DNA of 64,000 nucleotides, from assembly GCF_009914755.1 (NCBI RefSeq), contig NC_060944.1; one strand, 5' to 3'. Positions within the stretch are counted from its first letter, which is position 1, and each line of letters opens with the position of its first letter. Made by a program: the position numbers and the translations under genes. Source of the stretch: the human T2T-CHM13v2.0 reference genome, Homo sapiens. Below the pieces are notes generated by a model, which was given only the letters and a program-made list of their open reading frames with translations, was not told where the DNA came from and searched no databases. Shown piece by piece: positions 26,501 to 40,900 of the stretch.

Positions 26501-29500
26501 TAGGTTCAACACTGTGACTTCAGTGCACACCTCACAAAGAAGTTTCTCAGAATGCTTCTTTGTAGTTTTGATATGAAGATATCTCCTTCTCCAAAATAGA
26601 TCTCAAAGCCCTCCAAATATTCACTTCCAGATTCTATGGAAAGAGTCTCAAAACTGCTCAGTCAAAATAAAGGTAGAACTCTGTGAGAAGAATGCACACA
26701 TCACAAAGAAGTTTCTCAGAATATATTTGTGTAGTTTTTATTTGAGGATAGTTCCTTTTCTACCATAGGCTGCAAAGGGCTCCAAATATCCACTTGCAGA
26801 TGGTACAAAGAGAGAGATTCTAAACTGCTCAATCAAAAGGTAGTTTCAACCCTGTGATATGAATGCACACATCCCAGAGAAGTTTCTCAAAATGCTTCTG
26901 TTTAGTTTTTGTTTGAAGATATTTCCTTTTCCACCATACGCCTCAAAGGTCTCCAAATATCCACATGCTGCTTCTACAAAAAGAGAGATTAAAAAATGTT
27001 CTATCAAAATATAGGTTCAACTCTGTGAGTTGAATGCGCACATCACAAAAAGTTTCTCAGAATGCTTCTGTGTAGTTTTTACGTGAAGATATCTCCTTTT
27101 CCACAATAGGCCTCAAAGCTCTCCAAATATCCGCAAGCAGAGTCTACAAAAAGAGAGATTCAAAACTGCTCAATGAAAAGATAGGTTCAACTCTGTGAGA
27201 TGAGTGCACATCTCACAAAGAAGTTCCTCAGAATGCTTCTGTGTAGTTTTTATGTGAAGATATTTCCTTTTCCAAAATAGACCTCAAAGTCCTCCAAATA
27301 TCCACTTCCAGACTCTATAAAAAGGTGTTTCAAAACTACTCAATCAAAAGAAAGGTTCAACTATATGAGATAAATGCACACATCACAAAATGGTTTCTCA
27401 GAATGCTTCTGTGTAGTTTTTATTTGAAGATATTTTCTTTTCCACCATGGGCCACAAAGGGCTACTAAAACCCACTTGCAGATTCTACAAAAAGAGAGAT
27501 TCAAAACGGCTCAATCAAAAGATAGGCTCTCCCCTGTGAATTGAATGCACACATCACAAAGAAGTTTCTCAGAATGTTTCTGTGTAGTTTTTTTTTGAAG
27601 ATATTTCCTTTTCCACAATAGGCCTCAAAGCTCTCCAAACATCCATTGCTAATTCTTCAAAAAGATCGCTTCAACACTGCTCTATAAAAAGGAAGTTTCA
27701 ACTCCATTAGATGACTGCACACATCACAAAGAAGTTTCTCAGAATGCCTCTGTGTAGTTTGTATGTGAAGATATTTCCTTTTCCACAGTAGGCCACAAAG
27801 GGCTCCAAATATCTACTTGCAGAATCTTCAAAACGAGTGTTTCAAAAGTTCTCAATCAAAAGAAAAGTTAAACTCCATGAGATGAATGCATACATCACAA
27901 AGAAAGTTCTGAGAATGCTTCTGTCTTGTTTTTATGTGAAGATATTTGATTCTCTCCTGTAGGCAACAAGGCGCTCCAAATATCCACTTTCAGATACTAC
28001 AAAAAGAGTGTTTTGAAACTGCTCAATCATATGATAGGTTCAACCTTGTGAGATGAATGCCCACATCACAAAGTAGCTTCTCAGAATGTTTTTGTGTAGT
28101 TTTTATTTGAAGATATTTCCTTTTCCACCATAGGCCACAAAGGGCTCCAAACTTCCACTTGCAGATTCTACAAAAAGAGAGATTCAAAGCTGTTCAATCA
28201 AAAGATAGTTTCAACTCTGCGTGTTGAATGCACAAATCACAAAGTAGTTTCTCTGAATGCTTCTGTGTTGTGTTTGTTTATGTGAAGATATTTGCTTTTC
28301 CACTATAGGGCAAAATAGGGCTCCAAATATCCACTTGCAGATTCTGCAAAAAGGGAGATTCAAAACTGTACAATCAAAAGATAAGTTCAAATATGTGAGT
28401 TGAATGCACACAAAACAAAGAAGTTTCTCAGAATACCTCTGTGTAGTTTTTAGGTGAATATATTTGATTTTCCACAGTAGGCCTCAAAGGGCTCCAAATA
28501 TCCACTTTCAGATTCTGAAATAAGAGAGATTCAAAACTGCTCAATCAAACGATAGGTTCCAATCTGTGAGTTGAATGCACACCTCACAAAGAAGTTTCTC
28601 ATAAAGTTTCTGTGTAGTTTTTATGTGAAGATATCTCCTTCTCCAAAATAGGCCCCAATGACCTCCAAATATGCACTTCCAGATTCCATGACAATAGTGC
28701 TTCAAAACTGCTCAATCCAAAGAAATGTTCAACACTGTGTGATGAATGCACTCATCACAAAGAAGTTTCTCTGAATGCTTCTGTGTATTTTGTATTTGAA
28801 GATATTTCCTCTTCCACCATAGGGCTCATAGGGCTCCAAATATCCACTTGCAGATTCTACAAAAAGAGTATTCCAAAACTGCTCAATCAAAAGAAACGTC
28901 TAAAACTGTGAGATGAATGCACACATCACAAAGTAGTTTCTCAGAATGCTTCAGTGTAGTTTTTATGTGAAGACATTAGCTTGTCCACGGAAGGTCTCAA
29001 AGCGCTCCAAATATCCACTTGCAGATTCTACAAAATGAGTGTTTCAAAACTGCTCAATCATTAGATAGGTTCAACCCTGTGAGATGAATGCACACATAAC
29101 AAAGAAGTTTTTCAGAATGCTTCTATGTAGTTTTTATTTGAAGGTATTTCCTTTACCACCATAGGTTGCAAGGGGCTCCAAATATCCACTTGCAGATTCT
29201 ACAAAAAGAGAGATTCTAAACTGCTCAATCAACAGATACCTTCAACAATGTGAGATGAATGTACACATCACAAATAAGTTTCACAGAATGCTTCTGGGTA
29301 GTTTTTATGTGAAGAAATTTCCCTTTCCACAATAGGCCTCAAAACGCTCTAAATATCCACTTGCAGATTCTAAAAAAAGAGTGTTTCAAAACTGCTCAAT
29401 CCAAAGAAAGGTTCTACTGTATGAGATGAATGCACACATCACAAAGTACTTTCTCAGAATGCTTCTGCATAGTTTTTATGTGAAGATATTTCCTTCTCCA

Positions 29501-30879
29501 CTATAGACCTCAAAAGGCTCCAAATATCCACTTGCGGATTCTAAAAAAAGAGTGTTTCAAAACTGCTGTATCAAAACAAAGATTCAACTCTGTGAGATGA
29601 ATGCACAGATCACAAAGAAGTTTCTCAGAATGCTTCTGTGTAGTTTTTATGTGAAGATATTTGTTTTTCCACAGTAGGCCCCAATGAGCTCCAAATATCC
29701 ACTTGCAGATTCTACAAAAAGAGTGTTTCAAAACTGCTCAATCAACAGAGACATTCAACTCTGTGAGATGAATGCACCCATCACAAAGAAGTTTCTCAGA
29801 ATGCTTCTGTGTAGTTTTTGTGTGAAGATATTTCATTTTCCACAGTACGCCTCAAAGCGCTCCAAATATCCACTCGCAGGTTCTGTAAAAAGAGAGATTC
29901 AAAACTGCTGAATCAAAAGATAGGTTCAACACTGTGACTTCAGTGCACAACTCACAAAGGTGTTTCTCAGAAATCTTCTGTGTAGTTTTTATATGAAGAT
30001 ATCTCCTTCTCCAAAACAGAACTCAAAGCCCTCCAAATATTCACTTCCAGATTGTACGGAAAGATTGTGTCAAAACTGCTAAATCAAAACAAAGGTTCAA
30101 CTCTGTGATGAATGCACTCATCAGAAAGAAGGTTCTCTGAATGCTTCTGTGTGGTTTCTATTTGAAGATATTTCCTTTTCCACTCTAGGGCAAAATAGGG
30201 CTCCAAATATTCACTTGCAGATTCTACGAAAAGAGAGATTCTAAACTGCTCAATCAACAGATACGTTCAACAACGTGAGTTGAATGCACACATCACAAAT
30301 AAGTTTCACAGAATGCTTCTGGGTAGTTTTTATTTGAAGAAATTTCCCTTTCCACAATAGGCCTCAAATCGCTGTAAATATCCATTTGCAGATTCTACAA
30401 AAAGAGTGTTTCAAAACTGCTCAATCAAAAGAAAGGTTCTACTCTGTGAGGTGAATGCACGCATCACAAAGTGGTTTCTCAGAATGCTTCTGCATAGTTT
30501 TTATGTGAAGATATTTCCTTCTCCACCATAGGCCTCAAAAGGCTCCAAATATCCACTTGCAGATTCTAAAAAAAGAGTGTTTCAAAACTGCTCAATCCAA
30601 AGAAAGGTTCTACTCTGTGAGATGAATGCACACATCACAAAGTAGTTTCTCAGAATGCTTCTGCATAGTTTTTATGTGAAGATATTTCCTTCTCCACTAT
30701 AGGCCTCAAAAGGCTCCAAATATCCACTTGCAGATTCTGAAAAAAGAGTGTTTCAAAACTGCTGTGTGAAAAGAAAGATTCAACTCTGTTAGATGAATGC
30801 ACAGATCACAAAGAAGTTTCTCAGGATGCTTCTGTGTAGTTTTTATGTGAAGATATTTGTTTTTCCACAGTAGGCCCCA
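17546..30879 (-). repeat. 26-mer HOR island, three tandem copies (17546-21989, 21990-26434, 26435-30879)
   Basis: Homologous ORFs at 19322/23766/28211 and 20794/25239/29684 give a period of 4444-4445. Each copy is a g/a hybrid + 16 divergent monomers + d,f,g,a,b,c,d,e,f. Confidence 0.94.
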
Positions 30880-33800
30880 ATGAGCTCCAAATATCTACTT
30901 GCAGATTCTACAAAAGAGTGTTTCAAAACTGCTCAATCAACAGAGACATTCAACTCTGTGAGATGAATGCACACATCACAAAGAAGTTTCTCAGAAAGCT
31001 TCTGTGTAGTTTTTGTGTGAAGACATTTCATTTTCCACAGTACGCCTCAAAGCGCTCCAAATATCCACTCGCAGGTTCTGTAAAAAGAGAGATTCAAAAC
31101 TGCTGAATCAAAAGATACGTTCAACAACGTGACTTCAGTGCACAACTCACAAAGGTGTTTCTCAGAATGCTTCTGTATAGTTTTTATATGAAGATATCTC
31201 CTTCTCCAAAACAGAACTCAAAGCCCTCCAAATATTTACTTCCAGATTCTACGGAAAGATTATCTCAAAACTGCTAAATCAAAACAAAGGTTCAACTCTG
31301 TGATGAATGCTCTCATCAGAAAGAAGTTTCTCTGAATGCTTCTGTGTAGCTTCTATTTGAAGATATTTCCTTTTCCACTATAGGGCGAAATAGGGCTCCA
31401 AATATTCACTTGCAGATTCTACAAAAAGAGAGATTCTAATCTGCTCAATCAACAGATACTTTCAACATTGTTGGTTGAATGCACACATCACAAATAAGTT
31501 TCACAGAATGCTTCTGGGTAGTTTTTATTTGAAGAAATTTCCCTTTCCACAATAGGCCTCAAATCGCTCTAAATATCCACTTGCAGATTCTAAAAAAAGA
31601 GTGTTTCAAAACTGCTCAATCCAAAGAAAGGTACTACTCTGTGAGATGAATGCACACATCACAAAGTAGTTTGTCAGAATGCTTCTGCATAGTTTTTATG
31701 TGAAGATATTTCCTTCTCCACTATAGGCTTCAAAAGGCTCCAAATATCCACTTGTAGATCCTAAAAATTAGTGTTTCAAAACTGCTGTATCAAAAGAAAG
31801 ATTCAACTCTGTGAGATGGATGCACAGATCACAAAGAAGTTTCTCATAAAGCTTCTGTGTAGTTTTTATGTGAAGATATTTGTTTTTCCACAGCAGGCCC
31901 CAATGAACTCCAAATATCCACTTGCAGATTCTATAAAAAGAGTGTTTCAAAACTGCTCAATCAACAGAGACATTCAACTCTGTGAGATGAATGCACCCAT
32001 CACAAAGAAGTTTCGCCGAATGCTTCTGTGCAGTTTTTGTGTGAAGATATTTCATTTTCCACAGTACGCCTCAAAGCGCTCCAAATATCCACTCCCAGAT
32101 TCTGTAAAAAGAGAGATTCAAAACTGCTGAATCAAAAGATAGGTTCAACACTGTGACTTAGGTGCACAATTCACAAAGATGTTCCTCAGAAATCTTCTGT
32201 GTAGTTTTTATATGAAGATATCTCCTCCTCCAAAACAGATCTCTAAGCCCTCCAAATATTCACTTCCAGATTCTACGGAAAGATTGTGTCAAAACTGCTA
32301 AATCAAAACAAAGGTTCAACTCTGTGATGAATGCACTCATCAGAAAGAAGGTTCTCTGAATGCTTCTGTGTAGTTTCTATTTGAAGATATTTCCTTTTCC
32401 AATATAGGGCAAAATAGGGCCCCAAATATTCACTTGCAGATTCTACAAAAAGGGAGATTCTAAACTGCTCAATCAACAGATACCTTCAACAATGTGAGTT
32501 GAATGCACACATCGCAAATAAGTTTCACAGAATGCTTCTGGGTAGTTTTTAGTTGAAGAAATTTCCCTTTCCACAATAGGCCTCAAATCACTCTAAATAT
32601 CCACTTGCAGATTCTACAAAAAGAGTGTTTCAAAACTGCTCAATCCAAAGAAAGGTTGTACCCTGTGAGATGAATGCACGCATCAGAGAGTAGTTTCTCA
32701 GAATGCTTCTGCATAGTTTTTATGTGAAGATATTTCCTTCTACACTGTAGGCCTGAAAAGACTCCAAATATCCATTTACAGATTCTAAAAAAAGAGTGTT
32801 TCAAAACTGCTGTATCAATAGAAACATCCAACTCTGTGAGATGAATGCACAGATCACAAAGAAGTTTCTCAGAATGCTTCTGTGTAGTTTTTATGAGAAG
32901 TTATTTGTTTTTCCACAGTAGGCCCCAATGAGCTCCAAATATCCACTTGCAGATTCTACAAAAAGAGTGTTTCAAAACTGCTCAATCAACAGAGACATTC
33001 AACTCTGTGAGATGAATGCACACATCACAAAGAAGTTTTGCCGAATGCTTCTGTGTAGTTTTTGTGTGAAGATATTTCATTTTCAACAGTACGCCTCAAA
33101 GCGCTCCAAATATCCACTCTCAGATTCTGTAAAAAGAGAGATTCAAAACTGCTGAATCAAAAGATACGTTCAACAACGTGACTTCAGTGCACAACTCACA
33201 AAGGTGTTTCTCAGAATGCTTCTGTATAGTTTTTATATGAAGATATCTCCTTCTCCAAAACAGAACTCAAAGCCCTCCAAATATTTACTTCCAGATTCTA
33301 CGGAAAGATTGTCTCAAAACTGCTAAATCAAAACAAAGGTTCAACTCTGTGATGAATGCTCTCATCAGAAAGAAGTTTCTCTGAATGCTTCTGTGTAGCT
33401 TCTATTTGAAGATATTTCCTTTTCCACTATAGGGCGAAATAGGGCTCCAAATATTCACTTGCAGATTCTACAAAAAGAGAGATTCTAATCTGCTCAATCA
33501 ACAGATACCTTCAACAATGTGAGTTGAATGCACACATCGCAAATAAGTTTCACAGAATGCTTCTGGGTAGTTTTTAGTTGAAGAAATTTCCCTTTCCACA
33601 ATAGGCCTCAAATCACTCTAAATATCCACTTGCAGATTCTACAAAAAGAGTGTTTCAAAACTGCTCAATCCAAAGAAAGGTTGTACCCTGTGAGATGAAT
33701 GCACGCATCACAGAGTAGTTTCTCAGAATGCTTCTGCATAGTTTTTATGTGAAGATATTTCCTTCTACACTGTAGGCCTGAAAAGACTCCAAATATCCAT

Positions 33801-34976
33801 TTACAGATTCTAAAAAAGAGTGTTTCAAAACTGCTGTATCAATAGAAACATCCAACTCTGTGAGATGAATGCACAGATCACAAAGAAGTTTCTCAGAATG
33901 CTTCTGTGTAGTTTTTATGAGAAGTTATTTGTTTTTCCACAGTAGGCCCCAATGAGCTCCAAATATCCACTTGCAGATTCCACAAAAAGAGTGTTTCAAA
34001 ACTGCTCAATCAACAGAGACATTCAACTCTGTGAGATGAATGCACACATCACAAAGAAGTTTTGCCGAATGCTTCTGTGTAGTTTTTGTGTGAAGATATT
34101 TCATTTTCAACAGTACGCCTCAAAGCGCTCCAAATATCCACTCTCAGATTCTGTAAAAAGAGAGATTCAAAACTGCTGAATCAAAAGATACGTTCAACAA
34201 CGTGACTTCAGTGCACAACTCACAAAGGTGTTTCTCAGAATGCTTCTGCATAGTTTTTATATGAAGATATCTCCTTCTCCAAAACAGAACTCAAAGCCCT
34301 CCAAATATTTACTTCCAGATTCTACGGAAAGATTGTCTCAAAACTGCTAAATCAAAACAAAGGTTCAACTCTGTGATGAATGCTCTCATCAGAAAGAAGT
34401 TTCTCTGAATGCTTCTGTGTAGCTTCTATTTGAAGATATTTCCTTTTCCACTATAGGGCGAAATAGGGCTCCAAATATTCACTTGCAGATTCTACAAAAA
34501 GAGAGATTCTAATCTGCTCAATCAACAGATACTTTCAACATTGTTGGTTGAATGCACACATCACAAATAAGTTTCACAGAATGCTTCTGGGTAGTTTTTA
34601 TTTGAAGAAATTTCCCTTTCCACAATAGGCCTCAAATCGCTCTAAATATCCACTTGCAGATTCTAAAAAAAGAGTGTTTCAAAACTGCTCAATCCAAAGA
34701 AAGGTACTACTCTGTGAGATGAATGCACACATCACAAAGTAGTTTGTCAGAATGCTTCTGCATAGTTTTTATGTGAAGATATTTCCTTCTCCACTATAGG
34801 CTTCAAAAGGCTCCAAATATCCACTTGTAGATCCTAAAAAAATAGTGTTTCAAAACTGCTGTATCAAAAGAAAGATTCAACTCTGTGAGATGGATGCACA
34901 GATCACAAAGAAGTTTCTCATAAAGCTTCTGTGTAGTTTTTATGTGAAGATATTTGTTTTTCCACAGCAGGCCCCA
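30880..34976 (-). repeat. Run of four heterogeneous 6-mers (~1024 bp each)
   Basis: Anchors at 30880, 31903, 32928, 33952 and 34977 give steps of 1023, 1025, 1024 and 1025. Confidence 0.88.
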
Positions 34977-37900
34977 ATGAACTCCAAATATCCACTTGCA
35001 GATTCTATAAAAAGAGTGTTTCAAAACTGCTCAATCAACAGAGACATTCAACTCTGTGAGATGAATGCACCCATCACAAAGAAGTTTCGCCGAATGCTTC
35101 TGTGCAGTTTTTGTGTGAAGATATTTCATTTTCCACAGTACGCCTCAAAGCGCTCCAAATATCCACTCCCAGATTCTGTAAAAAGAGAGATTCAAAACTG
35201 CTGAATCAAAAGATAGGTTCAACACTGTGACTTCAGTGCACAACTCACAAAGATGTTTATAAGAATGCTTCTGTGTAGTTTTTATATGAAGATATCTCCT
35301 TCTCCAAAAGAGAACTCAAAGCCCTCCAAATATTCACTTCCAGATTCTACGGAAAGATTGTGTCAAAACTGCTAAATCAAAACAAAGGTTCAACTCTGTG
35401 ATGAATGCACCCATCAGAAGGAAGGTTCTCTGAATGCTTCCGTGTAGTTTCTATTTGAAGATATTTCCTTTTCCACTCTAGGGCGAAATAGGGCTCCAAA
35501 TATTCACTTGCAGATTCTACAAAAAGAGAGATTCTAATCTGCTCAATCAACAGATACGTTCAACATTGTGAGTTGAATGCACACATCACAAATAAGTTTC
35601 ACAGAATGCTTCTGGGAAGTTTTTATTTGAAGAAATTTCCCTTTCCACAATAGGCCACAAATCGCTCTAAATATCCACTTGCAGATTCTACAAAAAGAGT
35701 TCTTCAAAACTGCTCAATCCAAAGAAAGGTTCTACTCTGTGGGATGAATGCACGCATCAGAAAGTAGTTTCTGAGAATGCTTCTGCGTAGTTTTTATGTG
35801 AAGATATTTCCTTCTCCACTATAGTCCTGAAAAGGCTCCAAATATCCACTTGCAGATTCTGAAAAAAGGCTGTTTCAATACTGCTCAATCCAAAGAAAGA
35901 TTCTATTCTGTGAGAGGAATGCATGGATCACAAAGAAGTCTCTCAGAATGCTTCTGCATAGTTTTTAAGTGAAGATATTTCCTTCTCCACTATAGGCCTC
36001 AAAAGGCTCCAAATATCCACTTGCGGATTCTAAAAAAAGAGTGCTTCTAAACTTCTGTATCAAAAGAATGATTCAACACTGTGAGATGAATGCACAGATC
36101 ACAAAGAAGTTTCTCAGAATGCTTCTGTGTAGTTTTTATGTGAAGATATTTGTTTTTCCACAGTAGTCCCCAATGAGCTCCAAATATCCACTTGCAGATT
36201 CTACAAAAAGAGTGTTTCAAAACTGCTCAATCAACAGAGACATTCAACTCTGTGAGATGAATGCACCCATCACAAAGAAGTTTCTCAGAATGCTTCTGTG
36301 TAGTTTTTGTGTGAAGACATTTCATTTTCCACAGTATGCCTCAAAGCGCTCCAAATATCCACTCTCAGATTCTGTAAAAAGAGAGATTCCAAACTGCTGA
36401 ATCAAAAGATAGGTTCAACACTGTGACTTAGGTGCACAATTCACAAAGATGTTCCTCAGAAATCTTCTGTGTAGTTTTTATATGAAGATATCTCCTCCTC
36501 CAAAACAGATCTCAAAGCCCTCCAAATATTCACTTCCAGATTGTACGGAAAGATTGTGTCAAAACTGCTAAATCAAAACAAAGGTTCAACTCTGTGATGA
36601 ATGCACTCATCAGAAAGAAGGTTCTCTGAATGCTTCTGTGTAGTTTCTATTTGAAGATATTTCCTTTTCCAATATAGGGCAAAATAGGGCCCCAAATATT
36701 CACTTGCAGATTCTACAAAAAGAGAGATTCTAAACTACTCAATCAACAGATACCTTCAACAATGTGAGTTGAATGCACACATCGCAAATAAGTTTCACAG
36801 AATGCTTCTGGGTAGTTTTTAGTTGAAGAAATTTCCCTTTCCACAATAGGCCTCAAATCACTCTAAATATCCACTTGCAGATTCTACAAAAAGAGTGTTT
36901 CAAAACTGCTCAATCCAAAGAAAGGTTGTACCCTGTGAGATGAATGCGCGCATCACAAAGTAGTTTCTCAGAATGCTTCTGCATAGTTTTTATGTGAAGA
37001 TATTTCCTTCTACACTGTAGGCCTGAAAAGGCTCCAAATATCCATTTACAGATTCTAAAAAAGAGTGTTTCAAAACTGCTATATCAATAGAAACATCCAA
37101 CTCTGTGAGATGAATGCACAGATCACAAAGAAGTTTCTCAGAATGCGTATGTGTAGTTTTTATGTGAAGATATTTGATTTTCCACAGTAGGCCCCAATGA
37201 GCTCCAAATATCCACTTGCAGATTCCACAAAAAGAGTGTTTCAAAACTGCTCAATCAACAGAGACATTCAACTCTGTGAGATGAATGCACACATCACAAA
37301 GAAGTTTCTCAGAATGCTTCTGTGTAGTTTTTGTGTGAAGATATTTCATTTTCCACAGTACGCCTCAAAGCGCTCCAAATATCCACTCTCAGATTCTGTA
37401 AAAGGAGAGATTCAAAACTGCTGAATCAAAAGATAGGTTCAACACTGTCACTTCAGTGCACAACTCACAAAGATGTTTCTCAGAATGCTTCTGTGTAGTT
37501 TTTGTGTGAAGATAATTCATTTTCCACAGTACGCCTCAAAGCGCTCCAAATATCCACTCACAGATTCTGTAAAAAGAAAGATTCAAAACTGATGAATCAA
37601 AAGATACGTTCAACAATGTGAGCTGAATGCACACATCACAAATAAGGTTGACAGAATGCTTCTGGGTAGTTTTTATTTGAAGAAATTTCCCTTTCCACAA
37701 TAGGCCTCAAATTGCTCTAAATATCCACTTGCAGATTCTACAGAAAGAATGTTTCAAAACTGCTCAGTCAAAAGAAAGGTTGTCCTCTGTGAGGTGAATG
37801 CACACATCACAAAGTAGTTTCTCAGAATGCTTCTGCATAGTTTTTATGTGAAGATATTTCCTTCCCCACTATAGGCCTCAAAGGCTCCAAATATCCACTT

Positions 37901-40900
37901 GTAGATTCTAAAAAAATAGTGTTTCAAAACTGCTGTATCAAAAGAAAGATTCAACTCTGTGAGATGGATGCACAGATCACAAAGAAGTTTCCCATAAAGC
38001 TTCTGTGTAGTTTTTATGTGAGGATATTTGTTTTTCCACAGCAGGCCCCAATGAACTCCAAATATCCACTTGCAGATTCTATAAAAAGAGTGTTTCAAAA
38101 CTGCTCAATCAACAGAGACATTCAACTCTGTGAGATGAATGCACACATCACAAAGAAGTTTCTCAGAATGCTTCTGTGCAGTTTTGGTGTGAAGATATTT
38201 CATTTTCCACAGTACGCCTCAAAGCGCTCCAAATATCCACTCGCAGGTTCTGTAAAAAGAGAGATTCAAAACTGGTGAATCAAAAGATAGGTTCAACACT
38301 GTGACTTCAGTGCACAACTCACAAAGGTGTTTATCAGAAATCTTCTGTACAGTTTTTATATGAAGATATCTCCTTCTCCAAAACACAACTCAAATCCCTA
38401 CAAATATTCACTTCCAGATTCTACGGAATGATTGTCTCAAAACTACTAAATCAAAACAAAGGTTCAACTCTGTGATGAATGCACTCATCAGAAAGAAGGT
38501 TCTCTGAATGCTTCTGTGTAGTTTCTATTTGAAGATATTTCCTTTTCCACTCTAGGGCGAAATAGGGCTCCAAATATTCACTTGCAGAATCTACAAAAAG
38601 AGAGATTCTAAACTGCTCAATCAACAGATACGTTCAACAATGTGAGTTGAATGCACACATCACAAATAAGTTTCACAGAATGCTTCTGGGTGGTTTTTAT
38701 TTGAAGAAATTTCCCTACCCAGAATAGGCCTCAAGTCGCTCTAAATATCCACTTGCAGATCCTACAAAAAGAGTGGGTCAAAACTGCTCAATCAAAAGAA
38801 AGGTTCTACTCTGTGAGATGGATGCAAACATCAGAAAGTAGTTTTGCAGAATTCTTCTGCATAGTTTTTATGTGAAGATATTTACTTCTCCACTATAGGT
38901 CTCAAAAGGCTCCAAATATCCACTTGCAGATTCGAAAAAAAGACTGTTTCAAAACAGCTCAATCCAAAGAAAGGTTCTACTCTGTGAGATGAATGAACAC
39001 ATCATAAAGTAGTTTCTCAGAATGCTTCTGCATAGTTTTTATGTGAAGATATTTCCTTCTCCACTATAGGCCTCAAAAGGCTCCAAATATCCACTTGCGG
39101 ATTCTAAAAAAAGAGTGCTTCTAAACTTCTGTATCAAAAGAATGATTCAACACTGTGAGATGAATGCACAGATCACAAAGAAGTTTCTCAGAATGCTTCT
39201 GTGTAGTTTTTATGTGAAGATGTTTGTTTTTCCACAGTAGTCCCCAATGAGCTCCAAATATCCACTTGCAGATTCTACAAAAAGAGTGTTTCAAAACTGC
39301 TCAATCAACAGAGACATTCAACTCTGTGAGATGAATGCACCCATCACAAAGAAGTTTCTCAGAATGCTTCTGTGTAGTTTTTGTGTGAAGACATTTCATT
39401 TTCCACAGTATGCCTCAAAGCGCTCCAAATATCCACTCTCAGATTCTGTAAAAAGAGAGATTCCAAACTGCTGAATCAAAAGATAGGTTCAACACTGTGA
39501 CTTAGGTGCACAATTCACAAAGATGTTCCTCAGAAATCTTCTGTGTAGTTTTTATATGAAGATATCTCCTCCTCCAAAACAGATCTCAAAGCCCTCCAAA
39601 TATTCACTTCCAGATTGTACGGAAAGATTGTGTCAAAACTGCTAAATCAAAACAAAGGTTCAACTCTGTGATGAATGCACTCATCAGAAAGAAGGTTCTC
39701 TGAATGCTTCTGTGTATTTTCTATTTGAAGATATTTCCATTTCCAATATAGGGCAAAATAGGGCCCCAAATATTCACTTGCAGATTCTACAAAAAGGGAG
39801 ATTCTAAACTGCTCAATCAACAGATACCTTCAACAATGTGAGTTGAATGCACACATCGCAAATAAGTTTCACAGAATGCTTCTGGGTAGTTTTTAGTTGA
39901 AGAAATTTCCCTTTCCACAATAGGCCTCAAATCACTCTAAATATCCACTTGCAGATTCTACAAAAAGAGTGTTTCAAAACTGCTCAATCCAAAGAAAGGT
40001 TGTACCCTGTGAGATGAATGCACGCATCACAGAGTAGTTTCTCAGAATGCTTCTGCATAGTTTTTATGTGAAGATATTTCCTTCTACACTGTAGGCCTGA
40101 AAAGACTCCAAATATCCATTTACAGATTCTAAAAAAATAGTGTTTCAAAACTGCTGTATCAAAAGAAAGATTCAACTCTGTGAGATGGATGCACAGATCA
40201 CAAAGAAGTTTCTCATAAAGCTTCTGTGTAGTTTTTATGTGAAGATATTTGTTTTTCCACAGCAGGCCCCAATGAACTCCAAATATCCACTTGCAGATTC
40301 TATAAAAAGAGTGTTTCAAAACTGCTCAATCAACAGAAACATTCAACTCTGTGAGATGAATGCACCCATCACAAAGAAGTTTCGCCGAATGCTTCTGTGC
40401 AGTTTTTGTGTGAAGATATTTCATTTTCCACAGTACGCCTCAAAGCGCTCCAAATATCCACTCCCAGATTCTGTAAAAAGAGAGATTCAAAACTGCTGAA
40501 TCAAAAGATAGGTTCAACACTGTGATTTCAGTGCACAACTCACAAAGATGTTTATAAGAATGCTTCTGTGTAGTTTTTATATGAAGATATCTCCTTCTCC
40601 AAAAGAGAACTCAAAGCCCTCCAAATATTCACTTCCAGATTCTACGGAAAGATTGTGTCAAAAGTGCTAAATCAAAACAAAGGTTCAACTCTGTGATGAA
40701 TGCACTCATCAGAAAGAAGGTTCTCTGAATGCTTCTGTGTAGTTTCTATTTGAAGATATTTCCTTTTCCAATATAGGGCGAAATAGGGCTCCAAATATTC
40801 ACTTGCAGATTCTACAAAAGGAGAGATTCTAATCTGCTCAATCAACAGATACGTTCAACACTGTGAGTTGAATGCACACATCACAAATAAGTTTCACAGA

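Noticed and set aside
17546-30879. 26-mer as a dimer of the 13-mer
   Set aside because: There is no internal 2.2-kb periodicity, and 16 of its monomers have no counterpart in the 13-mer.
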